Shown piece by piece: positions 16,902 through 25,682 of a stretch of DNA of 36,848 bases. The notes beneath the pieces were generated by a model. It was given only the letters and a program-made list of their open reading frames with translations. It searched no databases and was not told where the DNA came from. This DNA comes from a bacterium (GTDB lineage Bacteria; Pseudomonadota; Gammaproteobacteria; Burkholderiales; SG8-41): contig DAIDBG010000117.1 of the NCBI GenBank assembly GCA_027310225.1, positions 1 to 36,848 on the forward strand, written 5' to 3'. Position 1 is the stretch's first letter, and each line of letters starts with the position of its first letter. The position numbers and the translations under genes are program-made.

Positions 16902-16964
16902 GACCGGCGAGGCTGGCTGCCGGCTGACCTGCGGCAACCAAGAGGGTCATATCGAGGGGAATCC

Positions 16965-18494
16965 ATGGCATTTGACGCGAGCCGTCCGGACCTGATCGTG
17001 GGCGTCATCGGAACCGGCGCGATGGGGCGGGGCATCGCGCAGGTGGCCGCGGCCGGCGGCCTGCAGGTGATGATGTCCGATAGCCGGCCGGGCGCCGCGC
17101 AGGAAGCGCGTAATTTCATCGAGAAGATGCTCGCACGCGCGGCTGAAAAGGGCGTCATGACCCGGGACGAAGTGGTGGGGGCGGTGAGCCGCCTCCAGAT
17201 CGTCGGCGGACTGGCCGACATGAAGCCGTGCCACCTGGTGGTCGAGGCGATCGTCGAGAACCTGGAAGCCAAGCAGCAGCTGTTCGCCGAGCTGGAAGGG
17301 ATTGTCAGCCCTGACTGCATACTCGCCACCAATACGTCGTCGCTGTCGGTCACCACGATCGCGGCCAGGCTCAAGACGCCACAGCGCTTCGCCGGTTTCC
17401 ACTTCTTCAACCCGGTCCCGCTGATGAAGCTGGTAGAGGTCATCGAAGGCCTGCGGAGCGATGACTGGGTCGCCGAGGCGCTCATGGTGATCGGCAGGCG
17501 CATGACGCGCGAGCCCGTGCGGCTGAAGGACGCTCCCGGTTTCCTCGTCAACCAGGTGGGGCGCGGCTTTACGCTGGAAGCGGCGCACCTCGCCTACGAA
17601 GGCGTGGCGGCGTTCGCCGATGTCGATCGCGTAATGCGCGACGTCGGCGGCTTTCGCATGGGGCCGTTCGAGCTGATGGAACTCACCGGCCTCGACGTCA
17701 CCCAGCCCGCCTCCGAACTCATCTACCACCAGTTCTTCCAGGAACCGCGCTACCGGCCCAACTTCATCATGCGCAGCCGCTACGAGGCCGGCGTGTTGGG
17801 GCGCAAAACCAGGCGCGGCTTCTACGACTACGACGCCGAGATGAAGGCGATCGTGCCGCCGGAACCCGCCGCTCCAGCGGCGTATCCCGGCAACGTATGG
17901 GTGAGTCCTGCTGAATCGAGAGGGCACGCGGTGCTATCCGAGCTACTGCGCAAGATAGGCGCACAGATGGAAACCGGTTCCAGACCAAGCACCAATGCCC
18001 TGATACTGGTCACGCCGATCGGTGATGACGCGACGACCTGTGCGGTGGAGCAGGAACTCGATCCCAAACGCACGGTGGCGGTTGACACGATGTTCCCAAT
18101 GGCCAAACGCCGTACCATCATGACCACACCGGTGACCAATCCCGTTTACCGGCAAGCCGCGCACGGCTTGCTCGCCTCAGACGGAGTGCCGGTCACGGTA
18201 TGCCGCGACAGTCCCGGTTTCATCGCGCAGCGGATCGTGGCGATGATCGTGAACATCGGCTGCTCGATCGCCCAGTGCCGCACCGCGCAGCCGGCCGATA
18301 TCGACAAGGCGGTAACCCTCGGACTCAACTATCCCCACGGCCCCTTCCGGTTCGGCGATGTATTGGGCCCGGACCGCGTATTCAAGGTGCTCGGGGCCAT
18401 GTATCGTATCTACGGCGACCCGCGCTATCGTCCCAACATCTGGCTCACCCGGCGCGCCAGGCTGGGTGTTTCACTCCTCACGCCGGAACCCTGA
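16965..18494 (+). CDS. 3-hydroxyacyl-CoA dehydrogenase (PaaH-like)
   Basis: GTGAMGRGIA, EAIVE, TNTSSL, HFFNPVPLMKLVE; duplicated C-terminal domain. Confidence 0.92.
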   Translation: MAFDASRPDLIVGVIGTGAMGRGIAQVAAAGGLQVMMSDSRPGAAQEARNFIEKMLARAAEKGVMTRDEVVGAVSRLQIVGGLADMKPCHLVVEAIVENLEAKQQLFAELEGIVSPDCILATNTSSLSVTTIAARLKTPQRFAGFHFFNPVPLMKLVEVIEGLRSDDWVAEALMVIGRRMTREPVRLKDAPGFLVNQVGRGFTLEAAHLAYEGVAAFADVDRVMRDVGGFRMGPFELMELTGLDVTQPASELIYHQFFQEPRYRPNFIMRSRYEAGVLGRKTRRGFYDYDAEMKAIVPPEPAAPAAYPGNVWVSPAESRGHAVLSELLRKIGAQMETGSRPSTNALILVTPIGDDATTCAVEQELDPKRTVAVDTMFPMAKRRTIMTTPVTNPVYRQAAHGLLASDGVPVTVCRDSPGFIAQRIVAMIVNIGCSIAQCRTAQPADIDKAVTLGLNYPHGPFRFGDVLGPDRVFKVLGAMYRIYGDPRYRPNIWLTRRARLGVSLLTPEP

Positions 18495-18537
18495 CCGATG
18501 ACCGCAGCTACAGCGATGACCTGAGAAGGAGGCTTTC

Positions 18538-19740
18538 ATGCTCAATGCTTTTATCTACGAAGGGGTACGCACGCCCTTCGGGCGCCATGGCGGCGCACTC
18601 GCCAAGGTGCGGCCCGACGACCTGTTGGCGGAGACCATCAGGAATCTGCTGAAGAAATCGGCTTTCAAGCCGGAGCAGATCGAGGACATTATCGTCGGCT
18701 GCGCCAATCAGGCTGGCGAGGACAGCCGCTGCGTCGCGCGTCATGCGGGTCTCGTGGCCGGGCTCCCGGTCGAAACGCCGGGTACGGTCTTGCAGCGCAA
18801 CTGCGCGAGCGGGCTGGGCGCGGTAGTCCACGCCGCGCATGCGATTAGCGCGGGCGAGGGCGACGTCTACCTGGTCGGAGGCGTGGAAAGCATGAGCCGC
18901 TCCCCGCTTATCATCAATCGCTCGGAATCTGCGTTCGCGCGCGATATCAGGCTTTACGATAGTACGATCGGGCCGCGCTTTTCCAATCCGAAGCTGGTGA
19001 AGCAGTTCGGTGACGATCAGATGCCGCAGACGGCCGATACCCTGGCGCGGCAGTACGAGATCAAGCGCGAGGAAGCCGACAAGTTCGCCCTGCGCTCGCA
19101 GCAGCGCTACAGCATCGCCAAAGGCGAGGGTTTCTTCTCCGGAGAGATCGCGCCCGTCGAGTTGCCGCCCACACGCAAGGGACCGGTGCCGCCGGTCTCG
19201 GACGATGAGCATCCCCGGCCCAATTCCGATCTCGAGGCGCTGGCGAGGATGAGGCCCTTGTACGAAGGCGGTGTTACGACCGCCGGCAATGCCTCGGGCG
19301 TGAACGACGGCGCTGTCGCGATGTTCGTGGGATCGAAAGCGGCCGGCGAGAAGGCCGGCGTGAAGCCCCTCGCGCGTGTGATCGCGAGTGCCGCCGCGGG
19401 GGTGCCGCCCCAGATCATGGGCATCGGTCCGGTAGCGGCATCAAAAAAGGCGTTGGCGCGCGCGGGTCTCGCACTCAAGGACATGGACATCATCGAGATC
19501 AACGAGGCCTTCGCTGCGCAGGTGCTGGCCTGCCTCAAGGGACTGGGCATCGCTCTTGACGATACCCGTGTCAATCCCAACGGCGGCGCGATCGCAGTGG
19601 GGCACCCCTTGGGTGCTTCCGGCGCCCGGCTTGCGCTGACCGCCGCGCGCCAGCTGCAGCGCAGCGGCGCGCGGTATGCCCTGGTGAGCCTGTGCATCGG
19701 CGGCGGGCAGGGCATGGCGGCGATCATAGAGCGGACCTGA
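18538..19740 (+). CDS. Thiolase (PcaF/PaaJ-like 3-oxoacyl-CoA thiolase)
   Basis: RTPFGR, CASG, NEAF, GHPLGASG, CIGGGQG. Confidence 0.93.
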   Translation: MLNAFIYEGVRTPFGRHGGALAKVRPDDLLAETIRNLLKKSAFKPEQIEDIIVGCANQAGEDSRCVARHAGLVAGLPVETPGTVLQRNCASGLGAVVHAAHAISAGEGDVYLVGGVESMSRSPLIINRSESAFARDIRLYDSTIGPRFSNPKLVKQFGDDQMPQTADTLARQYEIKREEADKFALRSQQRYSIAKGEGFFSGEIAPVELPPTRKGPVPPVSDDEHPRPNSDLEALARMRPLYEGGVTTAGNASGVNDGAVAMFVGSKAAGEKAGVKPLARVIASAAAGVPPQIMGIGPVAASKKALARAGLALKDMDIIEINEAFAAQVLACLKGLGIALDDTRVNPNGGAIAVGHPLGASGARLALTAARQLQRSGARYALVSLCIGGGQGMAAIIERT

Positions 19741-19858
19741 CAATTCGCTAACCGGCACAACTCGGTGAGCCGAATCGGGTTGTGAACGCAGCGCACTGGC
19801 GGCTGAACCAGATTGGTGCGCCGGCTGCTCCGACAGATCTGTGCAGAAAGTGATTTTC

Positions 19859-19892
19859 TGCTACAATGAACACATGTACCTTGTAGTGTACA
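19859..19892 (+). promoter_or_regulatory. yefM-yoeB promoter/operator
   Basis: Extended -10 TGcTACAAT (19859-67); TGTACC (19875-80) and TGTACA (19887-92) lie 12 bp apart, like the E. coli YefM operator cores. Confidence 0.75.
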
Positions 19893-19901
19893 GGTGACCC
19901 A

Positions 19902-20153
19902 ATGGACCACATGAATTACACGGCCGTGCGCGCCCGGCTCGCGAAGACCATGGACCAGGTGAACGAGGCCGGCGCCCCGGTGCTGATCACGCGCCAACGC
20001 GGCAAGCCTGCCGTGCTGATGAGCCTGGAAGACTACCAGGCGTACGAAGCGACCGCCCATCTACAGGCGAGCCCGCGCAACGCCGCCCGGCTCACGCGCG
20101 CGGTGCGGGCACTCAAGGCTGGGCGCGGGCGGTCGCACAATCTCGTGCGGTGA
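19902..20153 (+). CDS. yefM: Antitoxin YefM (Phd family)
   Basis: YTAVRARLAKTMDQV, PVLITRQRG..AVLMSLEDY, SPRNAARL. Confidence 0.93.
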   Translation: MDHMNYTAVRARLAKTMDQVNEAGAPVLITRQRGKPAVLMSLEDYQAYEATAHLQASPRNAARLTRAVRALKAGRGRSHNLVR

Positions 20154-20404
20154 AGCTTGTCTGGGCGCCCGAAGCCTGGGCTGACTACCAATACTGGTGT
20201 CGCACCGATCTGCGCACACGCGATAAGATCAACACGCTGGTCGAGGACATCCAACGCTCGCCGTTTCGCGGCCTGGGCAAGCCCGAGCCCCTGAAGGGCA
20301 ATCTCAAGGGGTTCTGGTCACGCCGGATCACCCGCGAGCACCGCCTGGTGTACCGCGTCGCCGGCGGCGCGTTGCAGATCGCGCAATGCCGTTATCACTA
20401 CTGA
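20150..20404 (+). CDS. yoeB: Toxin YoeB (Txe family)
   Basis: AWADYQYW, GLGKPEPLKGNL.GFWSRRI..EHRLVY, CRYHY; GTGA overlap with the antitoxin. Confidence 0.95.
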   Translation: MKLVWAPEAWADYQYWCRTDLRTRDKINTLVEDIQRSPFRGLGKPEPLKGNLKGFWSRRITREHRLVYRVAGGALQIAQCRYHY

Positions 20405-20611
20405 CCAGGCGCGGGCCTCAGCGGCTTCACGCGCAGAGGCCTCCCTCTGCAATTCCGCCGAGAGTCGATCGACCTCGATCCTGAGCATGCGTACCGCTTG
20501 AGACTCGAAGAAGAGGGCGCGCAGCTCGTGTACCGTGAAGCCGCGCCGCCACTCCGCGAGATAGAGCAGCCCGTCGGCGCCAAAGCGCGCGCCGAGCGAG
20601 GAGGCAAGATC
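20405..20611 (-). pseudogene. Remnant of a filamentous-phage-type (DUF3653-like) protein
   Basis: RFGADGLLYLAEWRRGFTVHELRALFFESQAVRMLRIEVDRL...AEARAW; no start (TGA at 20654-56); cut at the yoeB stop. Family assignment from memory. Confidence 0.5.
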
Positions 20612-20657
20612 AACCAGAGACCGGCAAGGAGCACGAGGGTGGAGATCACGAGATCAA

Positions 20658-20685
20658 ATTTTACATAATATACATTATACGCACA
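20658..20685 (-). other. dif: dif site (XerC/XerD chromosome dimer resolution)
   Basis: Minus strand TGTGCGTATAA-TGTATA-TTATGTAAAAT, 25/28 identical to E. coli dif GGTGCGCATAA-TGTATA-TTATGTTAAAT; intergenic. Confidence 0.92.
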
Positions 20686-20713
20686 AAGATTACTGGAGCT
20701 GAATACAGGGTGC

Positions 20714-21352
20714 TCATTCCACGGCTCCCGCTTTGATCAAAATCTCGGCCACATCCTTCTTCCCGCGGTCAATGGCCAAACCTAGGGCGCTATAACCCGC
20801 CGGGGTCTTGTAATTGATGTCGGCCCCATACTCAAGCAGTAATAAAACCATGGGTAAATGACCTTCCCGTGCTGCCATCATGAGTGCCGTGGTGCCGTTT
20901 TCGGCCTGTGCGTTCACCTCGGCACCACGGCCGATCAGGATGCGTGCGATATCCACTCGGTTTCGAGCTGCTGCATACATCAATGGCGTCCAGCCCGCGA
21001 GATTGATTTCCGCGCCCTGGGCCAACAGGTCCCGGACGACCTCCGTATGCCCCTGGAAAGCCGCCAGCATGAGCGCTGTCTCTCCAAAGGCATTGCGTAC
21101 GTTGATCTTGGGCTTGGCAGCCAGCAACGCCCTTACGACGCCCGGTTTCCCGCGTTTTGCCGCGATGATCAGGAGGGTGTCGCCGTCGGGGCCCACGGTA
21201 TCGGCGTCCACGCCACGCTTCAGCAGGCTGTTTACCATCTGCTCGTCATCGTTGTTGATAGCGTAGATCATGTCCTCATAGACTCCCGCAACTGCCCCGG
21301 CGTAGGCCACCATCAGCCAGGAGCCCAGAAGGATATTTCTAATATTCGGCAT
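20714..21352 (-). CDS. Ankyrin-repeat protein, probably exported
   Basis: Signal-like N-terminus; repeated GxTxLxxAA...LLxxGAxxN motifs; downstream of tatD. Confidence 0.92.
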   Translation of the reverse strand: MPNIRNILLGSWLMVAYAGAVAGVYEDMIYAINNDDEQMVNSLLKRGVDADTVGPDGDTLLIIAAKRGKPGVVRALLAAKPKINVRNAFGETALMLAAFQGHTEVVRDLLAQGAEINLAGWTPLMYAAARNRVDIARILIGRGAEVNAQAENGTTALMMAAREGHLPMVLLLLEYGADINYKTPAGYSALGLAIDRGKKDVAEILIKAGAVE

Positions 21353-22127
21353 GAGGTTTTAGTTCTTTCACTTTGAATAATTTGAAGAAATTTATACTGG
21401 TTTCAATGGCAACCTGTTCCATGGTGGTTTCTCGGAGCCGCGCGATTTCTTCTGCAACATATTTGACTAGCCCCGGCTCATTGATTTTCCCTCGGTACGG
21501 TACCGGCGCAAGATAGGGGGAGTCGGTTTCGATCAGCATGTATTGAAGCGGAACCCGCTTCGCCACTTCCTTGAGCGCGTGCGCGTTTCTGAAGGTGACG
21601 ATCCCGGAGAACGAGATATAGAAGCCGAGGTCGATCGCGGCGCGTGCCACATCCCAGCTCTCGGTGAAGCAGTGCATGACGCCCCCGACCTCACTGGCGT
21701 TTTCCTCGCGCATGATGCGCAGCGTGTCCGGCGCCGCCTCGCGCATATGGATGATCAGCGGCTTCCCGCATTGCCGCGCAGCGCGAATATGGGCGCGAAA
21801 GCGTCCGCGCTGCCACTCGCAATCGTCTTTGATCCGGAAATAATCAAGGCCGGTTTCCCCGATCGCCACGATGCGGGGATGATCGGCCAACTCAACCAGC
21901 TCCTTCACCGCGACTTCGGGCAGATCGGGATAATCGGGATGCACGCCGACCGAGCCGTAAATGTGCGGGTAGCGCTCCGCCAGCGCCCTCACCTGTGGGA
22001 ATTCCTGCAGCGTAACGCTCACACAAAGCGCGTGCGTGACGCGGTTCTCCCGCATCAGGGCCATCACTCCATCGAGCCTGCCGGCGAGTTCCGGGAAATT
22101 GAGATGGCAGTGCGAATCGACCAGCAT
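21339..22127 (-). CDS. TatD-family hydrolase (YcfH-like)
   Basis: VDSHCHL, GVHP, IGETGLDY, GVMHCF, IETDSPYLAP. Confidence 0.96.
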   Translation of the reverse strand: MLVDSHCHLNFPELAGRLDGVMALMRENRVTHALCVSVTLQEFPQVRALAERYPHIYGSVGVHPDYPDLPEVAVKELVELADHPRIVAIGETGLDYFRIKDDCEWQRGRFRAHIRAARQCGKPLIIHMREAAPDTLRIMREENASEVGGVMHCFTESWDVARAAIDLGFYISFSGIVTFRNAHALKEVAKRVPLQYMLIETDSPYLAPVPYRGKINEPGLVKYVAEEIARLRETTMEQVAIETSINFFKLFKVKELKPHAEY

Positions 22128-22140
22128 GGCGAAAGCAGCC

Positions 22141-23151
22141 TTACGCAGCCCGCCTTAAACCTCCTCCGCGCAGCAGGTCTGCATAGGACAGCAGCAATTG
22201 CTCGAGGAACAGGCGTGAATTGAGCGGATGGGCGATTACACGCTGCAAGCTAATCATACTGCGGTGGAAACGCAGCGCCTCGATATCATCGAGCTGAGCT
22301 GCAGCGGCAGCGATGCTCGACAGGAAGTCGGAATTGTACCGAACCCTGCCGGCCGCCTTGTAGCTGGCGAGGTCGAACGACCACTTCTGCAACCAGCCCA
22401 CGACCAGAGCTGGAGCGCAGTCGCGGAGCTGCTCGGCCAGGCTCAGCGCGTCGAACGCGGTGTCGGAGATTGCGCGCAGGAAAACCCCGCGCGTATGCCA
22501 ATACGCTTCATCGAGCTGCAGCGCGAGCAGCGGCGCGCCGCCTGCCTGGGTCAACGCCAGGTCCGGATTCTTCGATCCCTGCGCTTCGATCCAGGCGCGT
22601 GCGGCGTCTGCGTCAGGTGGCGGCAGCGCGATATGCTGGCAACGGCTTCTGATCGTGGGCAGCAACTGGTGCCAGCGATGCGCCACCAGCAGGAAATAAG
22701 TCTGCGGCGGAGGTTCCTCGAGGTTCTTCAGCAGGGCGTTGGCAGCATTAACATTGAGCGCCTCGGCGGGATGTACCAGCACCACTTTGGCGCCGCCACG
22801 ATGACTGGTGACGAAGATGAAATCAGCGATCGCGCGCACCTCCTCCACGGGAATCTGATGGCTTACTTTTTTCTCAGTTCCCTGCTCCCCCTCCCCGCCT
22901 TCCGTGATCGTCTCCGGCGCAAGCCGCCGGAAATCCGGATGGCTGCCCTGCTCCAGCCAGCTGCAGGAGACGCATTGCCCGCAGGCCACGGCCTTGGGTC
23001 CGGGATTTTCGCACAGGAGCGCGCGTGTCAAGGCTTCAGCGAACGCGAGTTTGCCGATACCTTCCGGCCCGCGCAGCAGCAACGCATGGGGCAGCCCCCC
23101 CCTGCGGCTCAGCAGCTGCTCGAATTCCTGATCATGCCACGGTAAAACCAT
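22141..23151 (-). CDS. holB: DNA polymerase III subunit delta'
   Basis: PHALLL.GPEGIGK, CGQC.SC, HPDF, AANALLKNLEEP, LPTIRSRC. Confidence 0.96.
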   Translation of the reverse strand: MVLPWHDQEFEQLLSRRGGLPHALLLRGPEGIGKLAFAEALTRALLCENPGPKAVACGQCVSCSWLEQGSHPDFRRLAPETITEGGEGEQGTEKKVSHQIPVEEVRAIADFIFVTSHRGGAKVVLVHPAEALNVNAANALLKNLEEPPPQTYFLLVAHRWHQLLPTIRSRCQHIALPPPDADAARAWIEAQGSKNPDLALTQAGGAPLLALQLDEAYWHTRGVFLRAISDTAFDALSLAEQLRDCAPALVVGWLQKWSFDLASYKAAGRVRYNSDFLSSIAAAAAQLDDIEALRFHRSMISLQRVIAHPLNSRLFLEQLLLSYADLLRGGGLRRAA

Positions 23152-23210
23152 TGAGAAACAATTTCTCTTGTTCCATTCTTGATGTAAAACATCACGTCAA
23201 TCCGGCGCCA

Positions 23211-23846
23211 TCAGACATGCCGAGATACACGCGAATAGAAAGCCGACAACAAGGCTTCAATCTGTCGCCTGACTTGCGGCAGATCGCCGTTGGCGTTGAT
23301 TACGCGCATGCGCCTGGGGATCTCCTCCGCACGCCTGAGGTAGGCCTCCCGCACGCGCCGGAAAAATGCCAGTTGCTCGCTTTCGAACCGGTCCGGCCGT
23401 TTCTTCCGTCTGGAGCGGGCGCGACCCACCGTAGGGTCGACGTCGAACAACAATGTGAGGTCGGGCTGGGTACCGTGCTGCACCCAGCGTTCGAGAGCGG
23501 CGACCTTGCTCCAGGCGACGCCGCTGCCGCCCGCCTGGTAGGCGTAGGTGGCGTCGGTAAACCGGTCGCACAGCACCCAGATGCCGGCCTTGAGCGCCGG
23601 CGCAATGACCTTGTCGAGGTGCTCGCGCCGCGCAGCGAACACGAGCAGCGTTTCGGTCTCGCAATGCAGGCGCTTCCCCCCTTTCAGCACCAGTTCGCGC
23701 AGCCGCTCACCGAGCGCGGTGCCGCCGGGTTCGCGCGTGACCTTGACTCTGATGCCGCGTCTCTCCAGGAAGCGCCTGAGCCAAGACAGGTGTGTGCTCT
23801 TGCCGGCGCCATCGAGGCCTTCAAGGGTGATGAATTTGCCGCGCAT
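23211..23846 (-). CDS. tmk: Thymidylate kinase
   Basis: FITLEGLDGAGKST, TREPGGT, CDRFTDATYAYQ. Confidence 0.97.
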   Translation of the reverse strand: MRGKFITLEGLDGAGKSTHLSWLRRFLERRGIRVKVTREPGGTALGERLRELVLKGGKRLHCETETLLVFAARREHLDKVIAPALKAGIWVLCDRFTDATYAYQAGGSGVAWSKVAALERWVQHGTQPDLTLLFDVDPTVGRARSRRKKRPDRFESEQLAFFRRVREAYLRRAEEIPRRMRVINANGDLPQVRRQIEALLSAFYSRVSRHV

Positions 23847-24856
23847 CAGTGTCTTCCCGATCGCTGGTATTTTGCCACGGCACGTTCATGTTCACCTTGC
23901 GTGCGCGAGAAATACGAAGAGCCATCACCCTTCGAAACGAAATACAGCACATCGCTGTCGGAGGGATTGAGTGCCGCGATCAGGGAGGCCATCCCCGGCA
24001 TGGCGATCGGCGTCGGCGGCAGCCCTTCTCGAGTATAGGTGTTGTAGGGTGTGTCCGCCGTCAGATCGCGCTTCCGGATATTACCGTCGAACGCCTCGCT
24101 CATGCCGTAAATTACCGTCGGGTCGGCCTGCAACCGCATGCCGCGGCGCAGCCGGTTCACGAACACTGCGGCAACCAGCGCGCGTTCTTCGGCCTTGCCG
24201 GTTTCCTTTTCGACGATGGATGCGAGGATCAGCGCTTCATAGGGGTTGGCGTACGGCAGGTTTGCAGCACGCTGCGCCCACTGTGCGGCGAGGTACGTCT
24301 GCATCAGGCGATAGGCGCGGCGCAGAATGGCGAGGTCGCTGGTGCCTTCGTCAAAGTAATAGGTATCCGGGAAAAACCACCCTTCAGGCGAAGAGGTGCC
24401 GATATTGAGGCGCTTCAGGATCTCGGCATCGCTTAGATCCTTGGTTTCGTGCTTGACCGCCGGATTCTCGTCGAGCGCCCTGCGCATCTGCCTGAAGGTC
24501 CAGCCCTCCACGAACTTGACCGAAACCATGGTCACGTCGCCCTGCGTGATCTTCTTGAGCAGCTGATAGTGCGTGAGCGGCGGCACAATCTCATAGTTGC
24601 CCGCCTTCACGTTGCCGGCCTGCCCCAGCAAGCGCGCCAGGATCACGAATGGTTCCGGACGCGCCAGCACCCCCGCCCGCGTCATCTGCTGCGCCGCGCC
24701 GCGCAAGCCGCTGCCTGCCTTCAGGCTGAATTGGATCGGAGCCGGCCCGATCTCAAGCCCGCTCCAGGCGTAGTACGCAAGCGCGGCCGCAGCTAGCGCG
24801 GCACCCGCTAGTGCGATGCCAAAAAGCACACGGAGCGTTCTGTCAATTGGCTTCAT
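23846..24856 (-). CDS. mltG: Endolytic transglycosylase MltG
   Basis: EGWFFPDTY, LASIVEKET, NRL..GMRLQADPTVIY, GLPPTPI; start moved to ATG 24856. Confidence 0.95.
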   Translation of the reverse strand: MKPIDRTLRVLFGIALAGAALAAAALAYYAWSGLEIGPAPIQFSLKAGSGLRGAAQQMTRAGVLARPEPFVILARLLGQAGNVKAGNYEIVPPLTHYQLLKKITQGDVTMVSVKFVEGWTFRQMRRALDENPAVKHETKDLSDAEILKRLNIGTSSPEGWFFPDTYYFDEGTSDLAILRRAYRLMQTYLAAQWAQRAANLPYANPYEALILASIVEKETGKAEERALVAAVFVNRLRRGMRLQADPTVIYGMSEAFDGNIRKRDLTADTPYNTYTREGLPPTPIAMPGMASLIAALNPSDSDVLYFVSKGDGSSYFSRTQGEHERAVAKYQRSGRH

Positions 24857-25655
24857 GCTCGAGCCATTGTCGCACGTGCGCCGCGTGAGGCATGCGTGTC
24901 CATTCCCGCCGGGCAAGCTTCCGCACCGGCCATACTCCGATCACGCTGTTGACGAACAGGATCTCCTCCGCCTGCAGCGCACGCTCCAGTGAGACCGTCT
25001 CGACGCGGCAGGAGATCCCGTGTACAGGCGCGGCTTCCAGCACACGCTCGCGGGTGACTCCCGCCACGCCGCAGCGCGAAAGTTCGGGAGTCACCAGCGC
25101 ACCGGCCTCCACGATGAACAGGTTGCTCATGGTGCCGCCGATTACGTTGTTTTCCGGATCGAGCATCAATCCTTCCGCCGTCCCGGCATCTTGCCATTCC
25201 GCGCGCGCAAGGACGTTTTCCAGGCGGTTAAGGTGCTTGATGCCGGCCAGTCGCGGTTGGACGGCAAGACGGGTAGCGCATAGATGGACGCACACGCCGG
25301 TTGTTGCGAATTCCGGCGGATGCACGGGCATTGCACTTGTCATCACGATGCGGGTCGGCAACGCCGGTCGTGGCGTGGCATAGCCTCGTGCGCCGATGCC
25401 GCGGGTAACAATGATCTTGGCCACGCATTCAGGCTGTCCCTGTGCTGCCGCCTCGACTTCGCGGCGCAGCAACTGTTCCGACGGGCACGGGATGGCCAGC
25501 GCGGCGCAGTCCCGCTCCAGCTTGCGGTAATGGCGGCCCCAGCAACGCAGCCGCGCGCCACGTACCGTGAGCGTGCGAAACACGCCATCGCCATAAGCGA
25601 GACCACGGTCGTTTGCGGCGACGGTGTCAGCCGCCGCGCCGTTGACCAGGATCAT
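24843..25655 (-). CDS. pabC: Aminodeoxychorismate lyase
   Basis: DRGLAYGDG.F, GIKHLNRLENV, GVAGVTR; between fabF and mltG. Confidence 0.94.
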   Translation of the reverse strand: MILVNGAAADTVAANDRGLAYGDGVFRTLTVRGARLRCWGRHYRKLERDCAALAIPCPSEQLLRREVEAAAQGQPECVAKIIVTRGIGARGYATPRPALPTRIVMTSAMPVHPPEFATTGVCVHLCATRLAVQPRLAGIKHLNRLENVLARAEWQDAGTAEGLMLDPENNVIGGTMSNLFIVEAGALVTPELSRCGVAGVTRERVLEAAPVHGISCRVETVSLERALQAEEILFVNSVIGVWPVRKLARREWTRMPHAAHVRQWLEHEAN

Positions 25656-25682
25656 GGAAGTGCGCCCAGGCTGCGGGCGGGA

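Noticed and set aside
19741-19858. Second dif/att copy bounding an intact integrated element
   Set aside because: No dif-like sequence seen here or elsewhere by eye, only weak hairpins; no integrase, rep or zot gene.
20398-20649. 83-aa ORF-track protein next to dif
   Set aside because: Low-complexity translation; the neighbouring frame carries the protein-like signal.
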